Assembly (NCBI GenBank): GCA_016748015.1 | Contig: JAAOMT010000703.1 | Span: 990,255 to 1,054,254, forward strand | Length of the DNA stretch: 64,000 nt | DNA from: Geosiphon pyriformis uo1 | Lineage: Eukaryota; Fungi; Glomeromycota | Direction of reading: 5' to 3' | Shown: positions 50,271 through 62,200 of the stretch, in pieces | Position numbering within the stretch: position 1 is the first letter of the stretch | Layout: every line of letters begins with the position of its first letter | Translations under genes and position numbers: made by a program | Notes under the pieces: model-generated | What the model was told of the DNA's origin: nothing | Database searches by the model: none | The model's input: only the letters and a program-made list of their open reading frames with translations

Positions 50271-53200
50271 GTAAATTAGTATGGAAAGTTACTACATGCA
50301 ATGTTAGAGGAATGAACAATCCTGTGAAGCAGAGTGATGTCGTTTGTTGGGATAAGGACATGGACAATTCAATTTCTATTTTTACTGAAACTAAGTTAAA
50401 GGATAAGGTTTGACCCTGGATCATTAACAAGTTTGATGGAGTTCGGGTGTTTACTACTGGCTTGGATTCTGGATATCTGGGTGCTGGTATGGCAGTGGTT
50501 ATGAACTCTTCTTTGGCAAAACATGTGTGCAAGGTGTCTGAGATACCGGGTTGGCTCATGTCTATCAAGTTATTTTTTAAGAATAAGCTCTCTGTGTCAA
50601 TTTTGGGACTTTATGCTGATGCTTCTTTAGCAGTCCAGTTCTCTCAGGCAGGCGAAATCAACTCTATTATTGCAAAGACTGTTAACAAGTCTTTCTTTGT
50701 TATCCTCGGCAGCAATTTTAATGAAGATGGCTCTCGTAAGTGTGCAAGTTTCAAGAAGTGCCTTGATTTGGAATTGATTAACTCTTTGGTCAGAAGCCCA
50801 GCTGTGAAAATGCCCACTTGGGAAAATTTTAGGAGTGTCAAGAGGACGATTAATTATGTGTTTGTCTCTCCAAATCTGGTCAACGCAATAATACGTCGTA
50901 ATGTTTTGGGTATTAGTGAGCATTTTAACACAGATCATCAAGCTGTTTTGGTGTCTTTGGGTCTAGGTGGACTTCTGGATATGCAATTGAACTCTTTTCG
51001 CAAACAAGCAAATAGGGACAGATGGAAGTTTGATTTCAAGGATGCTAATGAGAGTAAATGGATCAATTTTAAGTGTGCCACGTTGGTTAATGCAACAATG
51101 TTCTCAGATAAGTTCACTGTTTCTGTGGAGTTTTCGGATTTGGACGCAATATGAAATGTTGTTCACAAGATATTGGTTCTTTCGGCTAGTAAAGTGTTCA
51201 AGAAAAAGTGGTTCAAGGAATTTAATGATGTCTTTACCAAAGAGTCTTCAAGGTTTTACAAGTTGGAGCTTCTGGTTTCAAAGATTATTAAGGCATTTTG
51301 TGTGAGGTGTGCTGTAGATTTTGCTTCTCTTATGAAGTGTTGGGCTTCTCTGGACAGTGTCAAGGCTTCGGTCATTCAGGATTTGGTGGACTCTGGTGTG
51401 GAATCTGATCGTGTTCATTCTGTTCTTTTTGGTGCCAAAAAATTTTATTGGGCGTCCAAGCTCGTTGAATCTCAGAGTACTAAAGATGCAAACATCAGGT
51501 CTGTGATAAACAAGAGAATGGAAAGCTTTGAAGTAGATAAAGGTCATACAATAAGGAGTGTGTTAGAGCGCCCATTTCGTAAGATTGTGCTGAATCATTT
51601 GGTAATTGATGATGATTTGATTTTAGAACCTGAGCAGGTCAAGTCCAAGGTGGATGCGATCATGGAAGGTTGGACTAGGAAGCGTCAGGTGATTGATAAT
51701 GTCTCGGATGATTGGCACCTCCAATATTGGCCACTGGAGTATGTTTTTGATGAAGCTTTTTCTGGTGTCATGTGTTCGATTGAGTATGATGAGTTCCTTG
51801 GGGTGGTTTCTGATCTTCCGGATGGTAAAACGGCTGGTTTGTTAGGTATTTCAAATGAGCTTTGAAAACATTGTGATAAGTCAGTTTTAGATATGTTGTT
51901 GGTGCTCTTGAACTCTTGTTTGTCTAGTGAATCAGTACCTGGCCCTTAGAAGGAAGCATGGGTCTCAATGATTCCCAAACCTTATGAGTGGGAAGATGTT
52001 TTGACAAACACGCGTCCTATTGCCTTAATCGAAATGGCTTGCAAGATTCTTTCCAAGATCCTCTCTAACAGGATTTCTTTGGCATGCAGTACTTTTGACG
52101 TGCTTCAGGAGGCCAATTTTTCGGTTCTGAAGGGTATAACAACTCAGTTTCCTATTTTTGCAATTGGTTTAGTAGTCGAAGATGCTTTGGAAAAAAACAG
52201 GGAGCTCTGGCTGGTTCTATAGAACATGCAAAAGACGTATGACTTGGTTGGCTGAAAGCATCTTGAGAAGAGTTTGGTCAGAATTAAGATGTGTAGCAAA
52301 TTTATTTGGTTTTTTGGCGGTATTCATAGGGATCGTATCAACTGAGTCATGACTGATTTTGGATTGACAAGTGGTTATCATGTGCACAATGGTTTGGACC
52401 AGGAAGAGATCTTCTCTTCTCTTCTCTGGTGCATATTTTATGATCCTCTTTTGTGCAAAGTCAAAAGACAGGAGAGTATATGTGGGTATAAGTTGAATTC
52501 TCACTTTGTTTCCAAGAATGGTCGTTCTAAATCCCAGGTTGGGTTTTCTTCTTTTTTTGCCACTGGTGCTTTTGTTGATAATACGATTTGGGTTGGCAGC
52601 AGTCAGATGGCTACTTAACATATTCTCAATATTGCTAGTGAATTTTTTCATGTCAATGACATCTCTATTAATAATGACAAAATAGTAGCCATTCCTATCA
52701 ATAGCAGAGTTAGCAATCCCTTGGTTTCTATCAGTGGTTCACTCATTTTCATTGCCAAAAAGGGGGAATCTCACCGATATCTGGGCATTTTTCTATCGAC
52801 TAAGGGTCTTTCGAAGCCTAGCTTGGTTAAGGCGCATTCGGACATTCACTTTTTCACCAATCTGGTGTTGAAGAAGGTGGTCTCAGATAAGCAGTTCTTG
52901 TATTTGGTGTCGGCAGTTCTGCATCCAATAGTCAGCTATAAAACTCAGTTCAGTTTTATTCCTGTTGGCATGTGCAACAAGTGGGATGCTCTGATTTGTA
53001 AAGGTTTGAAGCTCAAGTCTGGTTTGCCACTTGATTTCCCTAGTAATGCAATTTATCACCCTTCATTTTATGGTTTGAAGTCATTTTTTCAAGTTCAATC
53101 TGAGAGCAAGATTGCTTCCCTTGTCAGTTTTGTGAACTCTGGTAGTATCTTGGGTCATTTGTTTTTCCACAGGTCTCATGACTTGCAAGTTCTGTGTTGG

Positions 53201-54954
53201 TGTCCTGTTCATTCATTGAGTTCTCCTGTTTGTATTCGTGTCAGTGCATTTAATAACTTTCTGGCAGGCATGGTTCGTGTTTTTCTCGATTGCAATGTGT
53301 CTCTGGGTGGCTCTTTAGTTAGTTCCTTTTGGTCTCATGGTAGAGTGCCTATGTCTGAGGTTCTGGACAAGTCAAGGTTTCTCAGGTTTCTCCCTTCCCT
53401 TTGGCAATATGGTATTGTCTTTGTGGATCAACTTCATGACCATCATGGTGCTGTCTATGATTGGTACACTTTTAAGTGGTGGAAAAGATTGGACCCCCGT
53501 GGCCTAGTTTCTGAGTGGTTCAAGCATTCTGTTTTGTTTTTCAATAGTGTGGGATCTTCTTACACTCAGTCTTTAGTTTTGGGTAATGGTAGTCTTTCAA
53601 ACATTCTTAAGTCTGGTGAATTTGTGTCTGTTTGTGATCGTCTCTTGGCAACCAGTACTAGCAGTCTGTCAGTATATACGGATAAGTCCTTTAGTAATCT
53701 TGGCATGGTTGGCTGTAGAGCTGGTGCTGCTGTTTTTTTTGAGGACATTGGTTTGAGTTTGGGTGTTAGTGTGTCGGGTTTGATGTTGTCTACTTTGGCA
53801 GAATTGCAGACTGTTGCCTTGGCTCTAGAGTGTGTTCTTTTATCAAGCTCTGTTTGTTTGTTCTCAGATAGTCAATTGGCTTTAGATGCTTGCAGGTTGG
53901 AGTTGGGTCTGGTGTATCCCAATTATCATAATCAGTGTTGGGTTAAACATTGTCATATTGTCAATGTGATTCATAGTAAGAAGTTGAGGGTTAACTTTCA
54001 CAAGGTAAAAAGTCATTCTGGTGTTTTGGGAAACGAGTGTGCTGACGCAATTGCTGGTGCTGCTTCTCTCTCCAATTGGTATCTTCCCCCTTACTTGAGT
54101 GAACACTTCTTGTCAGCTGATGGTGGTATTGTTTCTGGAAATTTGAGACATTTTGTTCGTGATATTTATCGTTCTATTTGTCGTGCACAATAGGAGGTTG
54201 GTTCTGGTTCTGGGGTTTTGGTGGGCAGCTTATCTTCTAAGGTTGATTGGCTCCACTCATCATTGGTATGGCATTCTGATTTACATATGGCTGCAGGTTT
54301 TACCAGCAGGTCTTCGTCCAGTATGCGTACTTACTTTATGAAGTCTTACACCATCGGCTGCCAATTGCTGTTTGAAAGTGCTTCTATAATAGACATTATC
54401 CTAGCGTGTTGTGCTTGTATTGTGGTAAGGTGAAGGTGTTGGATTATGTATTCTTTTGCAAGATTGACAAGTCTGTTCGACATCAGTTGTTGGATTCTCA
54501 TGTAGGGTCCTGGAAGACGCTTTCTGGTTCCTCTCATTTTTCCTCAAGTATATTGCAGCTGTTATCATCTGGTGTTTCTGATTCCTCTGTGTCCATGGCT
54601 CTTTTTAAGGGCTTTGTTTTCAATGGGTGGTTTTACAAGACTGTTTCTGTTTTTCACAACCCCAAGATTGCTGTTTTGAAGATTGTCAAATTTGTGCACT
54701 CTCTTGGTTTTGTTTTTAGGAAGGATGTCTGGTCGGTTCATGTTAAGCATCATGTATATATAGAGAAGAATAGACTGATCCTGCTAGATGGTTTGGCCGT
54801 CGTCTCAGTTTATGGTTTGGCTTCGAGGTTTTCTGCAAGGGTGGTTAGGTTACTTGGCATCACTAATGCTTTAGGTGTTTGTTTTGGTTTTCGCAAGTCT
54901 TGCTTGTTTTTTTCAGGTATAGGTGAATCGGTATCAGTTCATATAGCTGCATAG
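50267..54954 (+). pseudogene. LINE ORF2: AP endonuclease, reverse transcriptase, RNase H, C-terminal zinc knuckle; 9 in-frame stops and 1 frameshift
   Basis: TCNVRG..ETKL..GSNFN..TDH (APE), IPKP..RPIALIE..AFVDNT (RT), VYTDKS..AELQ..FSDSQ..VKSHSG..GNECAD (RNase H) and CLYCG (knuckle). Frameshift at ~54345. Confidence 0.93.
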
Positions 54955-55083
54955 TGTTGTTCTGATTGGCCCAAGTGGCTAGTCACGTGTAGAAAGTGCA
55001 TGATTCATGCCTAGTTTAGATCAATTCCTTGATGTATAGTACTAGGTAGTGTTTGGACCTCACTCGTTAAGCAATAAAAAAAA

Positions 55084-55716
55084 TATATATATATATAACA
55101 AAAGTATTAGAAACAGAAAAGACAATTTAGTTCAGAACAACAATATTTTTCCTTTTAAAAAATAGTTTTTTATAACTTAAAGTAAAATTATATTTATATT
55201 AATAAAATATTTATTATTATCCAAATCTATGTTATCATCACTTAATTTGAGAAATATTAATTTATTCTATACTATTAACACTTTATGTTAATAAAATCCA
55301 ATACTTAACTATACTGAATCAATAGTTCTTAATTATGATTATTGATAAAATATTAATTTGTTATTTTATTTTTTTTATTTTATTTTTTTTATTTTTTTGT
55401 TGTTTAATAATTGATTAAAAGAATTAAGTACTAAGTAATTGACATTAAAAATAGTCTGATAAAAAACCTAAAAACAAGAATAAAAATTTAAAAATAGCTT
55501 ATCAGAAAAATACAACTGCCAAAATAAACCAGCCATTATGCTAAAAAAAAAATTCATAGAATAAAACCATCAATTAAATCTCTGTTTATTATATAAAAGA
55601 TTCAACCAAAACCTTTAAACTCCAAAACCTTTAGAAATTACTAATATTTTTAGCTATTAAATACTAAATTACAGATTTGTTATTTATTTTAATACTCTAA
55701 ATAATTATTTGTAACA
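55084..55716 (+). repeat. 3' LTR of Gypsy copy B, R/U5 part (after LINE B)
   Basis: Matches 39775-40406 and ends TTGTAACA followed by TSD ATAT. Confidence 0.9.
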
Positions 55717-58700
55717 ATATGCTAAATTTTTATTTGTTTTTAAATAAGATTCTAATATTATAGAAATGTGTTTAAATCTCAATAATATCTAAGCCATATG
55801 ATTGAAAAAAAGTCTTGACAAATATATGGCTTATTGTTCTAATCAAAATAATAAAAAAAATTTTGTTTAAAATTCTTTCTAATAGAATTTTTCTTATCTA
55901 CAGCAAATTTAAAGTGTTTCATAAAGACAATTTTTTAGTGTTAAAGAGTACTTTAACACAGATTCTGATTTTAATCATAAGCTTTATAGTTAAGAATACT
56001 TTGGAAAAGAATAGAAAATTGTGACTAGTTTTACAAAGCATATAACTCAATTGGTTGGCATCATTTACACAACAGCTTAATTAAAATTAAGATATATAAA
56101 TGTTTTATTAAGTTCTTTAAAAATATTTATAATAAAAGAATCAATTGAATTATGACAGATTTTGGGCTTTTAAATATATATATAATTTATAATAGACTTA
56201 ATTAAAGAAAGATTTTTTTATTTTTATTGTGAATAATTTTTTATGATCTGTTTTATGAGATTAAAAGACATAAGAATTTGTATGAATACAGGATAAATTC
56301 AAAATTTTTTATAAAAACTGGCAGATCTAATCTTAAAAATGGCAAACTTTATTTTTTGTAGCAGATGTTTTTGTAGATAATACTATTTGGGTTGGAAACT
56401 ATAAAATAGCAACACAATATATTTTTGGTATTGCAAATAAGTTTTTTTCTATTAATAATATTTTAATCAATACAAACAAAACAGTCATCATTCTTATTAA
56501 TTAGAGAGCTAAAGAGACTGTGTTATCCATTAATAGATTAAGAATTTTGATGACCAAAAAAAACAAGTTTTACAAATATTTGGGAATTTTTCTGTTAACT
56601 AATAATCTATTCAAACCAAGTTTAGCTAAAACTTATTCAGATATTAAGTTTTTTTTGAATGTAATTTTAAGAAAAATCATTACTAAGAAACAATTTTTAT
56701 ATTTGGTGTTTGCTGTTTTGTAGTTTATTATTGACTATAGAATACAATTTGGTTATGTTTTAGAAAGTGTGTATAAAAAATGAAATAAAATTTTAAGAAA
56801 GAGACTAAAGCTTAAAACCAATTTGTTTAAAGACTTTTCTAATAAAACTTTATATTATTCTGAGTTGTATAATCTTGAAATGTTCAAACAAATACTGACT
56901 AAAAATCTGATAATTAATCTGGTTAATTTTGCCAATACAAGTGGAATTCTTAACAGATTATTTGAGTACAAAATAATAAATTTACAAGTTGTTAGCTGAA
57001 TGTTTTGACACTTTTTTTGAGTTTCAATTAAGTTGTTAATCAATTCTATAAATTGTTTTCTGATAAGTATAATACATGTTCTTATTTTTTGTAATTTGTT
57101 CTTGAGTGACAATTTGTTTGATATTTTTTAGACTAGAAATAATATTGCAGTTTTGGATGTATTGGGCTTAAATAATTATATAAACATGGTAAAATCTCTT
57201 AAGAAATTCAATAGACCAGCTTTTAAATTATCATGATATGTACTTTATATGGAACACTTTTTGCAAATAGAAAAGATTAAACTCTAAAAGTTTGATTCTT
57301 GGCTGGTTCAATTTGCTGGTCAAGTTTATTGAAAATAGTAGTTTGGTAAATAATAGGGTATTAACTTTTTATTTTGCTTTTATAGACCACTCTTGTGATT
57401 TGAATTATGTTAGTAAATGTTTTTTAGACTTTGGATCAAATAACATGAATGTTTACACAGATAGTTCTGTTAAAAGTTTGGAATTAATAGATGCTTATAA
57501 AAGTATTACCACTTATTTTTTAGATGTTAATGTAAATATTGGAGTAAAATAAATAGTTTGTTGTTCTTAACTTTAGTGAAATTGCAGATTATTGCTCTTG
57601 CTTTGGAATATATATCTACTTTTAATTCTATTACTTTTTTTACAAATAGTCAGACATTATTGAATATGTGTTGTTTTATCAAGAATATAATTAGTTTTGA
57701 TTTTTACAGTAAATACTAGATTAAAAAAAAACATATTTGCCAAGTTATTTTAAAAAAAAGTTTGTCAATTAGTTAAAAAAAAATCAAAGATTATTCTGGT
57801 GTTTTTAGGAATAAACATGTTAATTTTTATACTAATACTGCCATTATTTCTGAATTTATATTGCTTTTTTAGATATCATGCTGTTCTTTAGTATTAAAGA
57901 CAGATCTGTTTCTAAAAATACTTATTACTTTGTTAAGATTTTGTTTAATACAATTAATTTTGTTAATTGAAATTCCAGATATGCTAATAATATTTTAAAT
58001 ATAAACATTAATATTAGTTTTAATATGATTAAAACTTTTAGTATTTAACACCTTAATAACTAGCTTATTATCAATAATATTTTAGTCTTATCTTATAAAA
58101 ATACTATACTGCTACCTGCTTGTAACTAAAAAAAAAAGACTGTATGATCTGAAATATCTAGCTTGTATATAATATAAAATAGTAAAAAACTTTAATTACT
58201 TATTTTTGTGTATATATAATAGTAATACCAAAGAGAAATTATTATTAAACATTATCTTAGAATAGAATAAATTATTAAGTATCTTTGCTAAAAGAAATAT
58301 AGTTGTTTGATCTTTATGTAAAGCCAAATTGTCTAATAATTTGTATACATTATTGGTTAAAAGCTTTTTGTTAAAGTATTGAATAACTAATACAATATGC
58401 CATTTGGGTACTAAATTTAATAGTTGTTAAATTGGTTTATGATCTTGTTAAAAGTTATAAGTCTGCTATTTGGTTATTAATTACTAAGTTAAGATCTTAT
58501 TATAAAAAACATAATCTTTTGTTAAATAATAGATTTGATACTTCTTTGGTTTCCAGCTTGTTATTATTGTAGTTTTTTAAGTTAATTTGTAGTTTTAGTA
58601 TTATATTAGGTATTTATATTTGCTTTAAGTTATACTTTTGTTTATTTAGATTAAGTTTTGGTTTTTTAAAAAATGTTTTATTAGTGAGTAATTTAGGTAT

Positions 58701-59266
58701 ATAATACTGTTTTAATTAGTCTAAATAATTAGTCACATGTAAAAAAAGTATGTATTATACTTAATTTAGAGTCTTATTAATTTTATTTCTTTAAGTAATG
58801 GTTAAATTACATTCATAAAACTTAAAAAAAAAATTTATATATTTTTTTTTATAAAAAATTTGTTTTTAAAATTAGTTTGCTTTAGTTTTTAAAGATATTA
58901 AAATTGTTATCTTAAAATTATTTGTTTTTATATAACAGTTTATTATAAATTACAAAGACAAAATATAATTGTATTAGATTAAATATAAAATTATTATATA
59001 AAAAAATAATTTAATTAATAATATTAAATTAATACTTTATAATTTATGTAATTTAATAAATAGATTTTTTAATATTATAGTATATATACTTAATATTGTT
59101 AAATTTTTTATAATAAATTTTAATTTACATAGTAAATACTTGTTTTTTTGATATAAACAAAGATATTACAATATATATAAATATGTAATCTAATTTTAAT
59201 TGGTTTAAATAATTGATTATATATAATAAATATATAAATTATATTTAATTAAAAATACTTAATCTG

Positions 59267-62200
59267 TTTTTTTTTTATTATGCTTAATGAATGAGATCTA
59301 AACACAATCTAGTGTTATACATCAAAGAAATGATCTAAACTAGGCATGAATCATGTATTTTCTATACATGACCAGCCACTTGGGCCAATCAGAACAACAC
59401 TACACAGCTATATGAACAGAAACTGGGTCACCTATACCAAAAAAAAACAAACAAGATTTGCAAAAACCAAAACAAATACCAACAGCATCAGCTATACCAA
59501 GTAATTTAATTATACCAGCAGAAAACCTCAAAGCTGAACCAGGAACCGAGATAACAGCTGAACCATCAATTGGAATCAATTCATTCTTCTCCATATAAGC
59601 ATAATACTTAGCATGAATTGACCAGACACCAGTTCTGAACACAAGACCAAGAGAATGCACAAATTTGACAATCTCCAAACTGGCAACCTTGGAATCATGG
59701 AATACAGAAACAGCCTTGCAAAACCAACTATCAAAAACAAAACCTTTATAAAAAGCCATGAACACAAAAAAATCAGAGATACAAGATGACAACAGCTGCA
59801 ATATGCCTGAAGAAAAATGAAAAAGACCAGAAACTGCCTTTCAGGAATTCACATGAGACTCCAACAAATAATGCTGAGCAAATTCATCAATTTTACAAGA
59901 GAACACATGATCCGACACCTCCACTTGACCACAATATAAGCACAATACACTAGGGTACAGCCTAATATAAAAATGTTTCCGAACAGCAACCAGTAGCTGG
60001 TGATACAAAGCTTTCATGAAATATGTGCATGCATTAGCCGAGAGTTTGCTGGTAAAACTGGTAGCCATATTCAAGTCAGAATGCCACACCAATAATGAGC
60101 AACACCAATCAACTTTTGATAGCAAACTGCCAGCCAAAAACTTAGAACCAGAACCAACTTCCCAGCGTGCACAGCAAACTGAATAATAAATGTCATGGAC
60201 AAAATGTCTAGAATTGCCAGAAACAATACTACCATCTGCAATCAAGAAGTGTTTATTCAGGCAAGGAGGAAAATACTAATCAGAGAGAGAAGCGGCACCA
60301 GTGAATACATCAATGCACTCATTCCCTGAAATGTCAGAGTGACTTTTTACCTTATGCCAGCTAATCCTCAAATTCTTACCATGAATAACATTAACTATAT
60401 GATGATGCTTGACCCAACATTGATTATGAAAGTCAGAATATGCCAACTTTAATTCCAACTTACAAACATCTAAAGCAGATTGACTATCTGAAAACAGGTG
60501 AATAGAGCTTGATAGAAGGACACACTTTAGAACCAGTGCAATAGTCTACAATTCAGCCAATATAGATGACATCAAACTCGACACATTAACTCTCAAACCC
60601 AAACCAATGTCCTCAAAATAAGCAGCAGCACCAGCTTTACAGCTGGCTATGTCCAAATTACTAAAAAACCCATCCGTGTACACAGACAAGCTGCTAGTAC
60701 CAGCCTGTGAGAGATGATTACAAACAGACACGAAATTATTAGATTCAAGAATGTTTAAAGATCCAATACTATATAATACCAAAAGAGGAATAGGAGAGAA
60801 ACTCACATTATTGAGAAATACAACAGAAAGCTTAAACCATTCAGGAATGGAACCATGGGGGTTTAATCTTTTCCAACACTTGAAAGTATACCAATTAAAT
60901 ATAGCACCATAATGATCACAAAGTTGGTTAACAAAGGCAATATCATGCCACCGAAGAGAAGGGAGAAACCTGAGAAACTTTGACTTGTCCAGAACAGCAG
61001 ACATTGGAACCCCACCATGGAATCGAAAGGGAGTGGCCAAAGAGCCACTCAAAGATAAATTGCAATCAAGAAAAACATGAATGATGCCTGCCAAAAAATT
61101 ATTAGAAGCACTAACACAAATACGGACAAAGGAACTCAGTAGATGGACAGGATTCCAACACAAAACTTGCAGGTCATGAGACCTGTGAGAAAACAAGTGA
61201 TCCACAATACCATTAGAGTTTACAAAACTAACAAGAGAGGCAACTTTACTTTCAGACTGAACTTGGAAGAAAGGTTTCAAACTATAAAAAGAAGGATTGT
61301 GAATTATATCACTGGGGAAATTGAGTGGTAGACTGGATTTAAGCTTCAAGCCTTTACAAATAAGAACATCCCATTTGTTACACACTCCAACAGAAACAAA
61401 GCTAAACTGTGTTATATAGCTAACAATAGAATGGAGAACTGCCAACACCAGATACAAGAGCTGTTTATCTGAGACAGCCTTCCATAGAACTAGATTGGTA
61501 AAAAAACAAATATTCGAATTTGTCTTAGCCAAATTAGGCTTTGAGAGACCCTTAGTTGAAAGAAAAACACCTAAATACTGATGAGATTCACCCTTTTTGG
61601 CAATAGATATTAGTAAGCCATTGATAGACAGAGAAGGATTGCTGACTCTGCTATTAATAGGAATGATCACTGTCTTGTCATTATTAATGGAAACATCATT
61701 TATCCAAAAAAATTCACCAGCAACATCAAGAATCTGTTGAGTGGTACTCTGACTGCTACCAACCCAAATAGTATTATTAACAAAAGTGTTAGCAGCAAAA
61801 AAAGAAGAAAGTTTAGCTCGAGATTTGATACTTCTATTTTTGGAAACAAAATGAGAATTCAATCTATACCCATACATACTCTCCTAACACTTGACTTCAC
61901 ATAACAGTGGATCATAAAATATGTGCCACAGAAAGGGAAAAAATACCTCTCTCTGGTCCAAACCATTATGTATCTGATAATCATCTGTTAAACCAAAATC
62001 TGTCATAATGCGATTAGTATGACCTTTGTAAATACCACTGAAAAAACAAATGAACTTGCTATATATCTTAATCCTAACTAAACTCTTTTTAAGATGCTCC
62101 CAGCCAACCAAATCATATGCCTTCCTCATATTCTGTAAAATCATCCAAAATTTCTAATTCTTTTCCAAAGCATTCTTAATAACCAAGCCAATAGCAAAAA

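Larger units (their letters stand above)
48302..55083 (+). mobile_element. Full-length LINE copy B (ORF1 + APE-RT-RNase H-CCHC ORF2), inserted into the TATATA box of the Gypsy 3' LTR
   Basis: Two ORFs, 3' UTR and poly-A tail at 55076-55083. Flanked on both sides by TATATATATA (48291-48300 and 55084-55097). Confidence 0.95.
39617..55716 (+). mobile_element. Full-length, heavily decayed Ty3/Gypsy LTR retrotransposon copy B (TSD ATAT), containing nested LINE B
   Basis: 5' LTR 39617-40406, decayed PBS 40407-40425, order gag-PR-dUTPase-RT-RNaseH-IN, and 3' LTR 48065-48301 + 55084-55716. ATAT at 39613-39616 and 55717-55720. Confidence 0.9.
35381..58833 (+). mobile_element. Old RNase H-containing LINE copy A, full length but split by insertions (segments ~35381-38651, 39465-39616, 55717-58833)
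   Basis: Decayed ORF1/ORF2 collinear with LINE B. Reading continues across the insertions (DILRYLLN|MLNFYLF..ISKPYD corresponds to VLDMLLVLLNSCL..IPKPYE). 3' UTR and poly-A at ~58705-58833. Confidence 0.85.

Noticed and set aside
50267-54954. Alternative genetic code or readthrough (stops at Trp/Gln positions)
   Set aside because: TAA, TAG and TGA all occur, positions largely differ between copies, and host genes have no internal stops. Explained by transitions.
54961-54996. Hammerhead ribozyme (CTGA...GAAA)
   Set aside because: The core reads CTGATTG/CTGATCG rather than CTGANGA, and these bases are sequestered in a hairpin.
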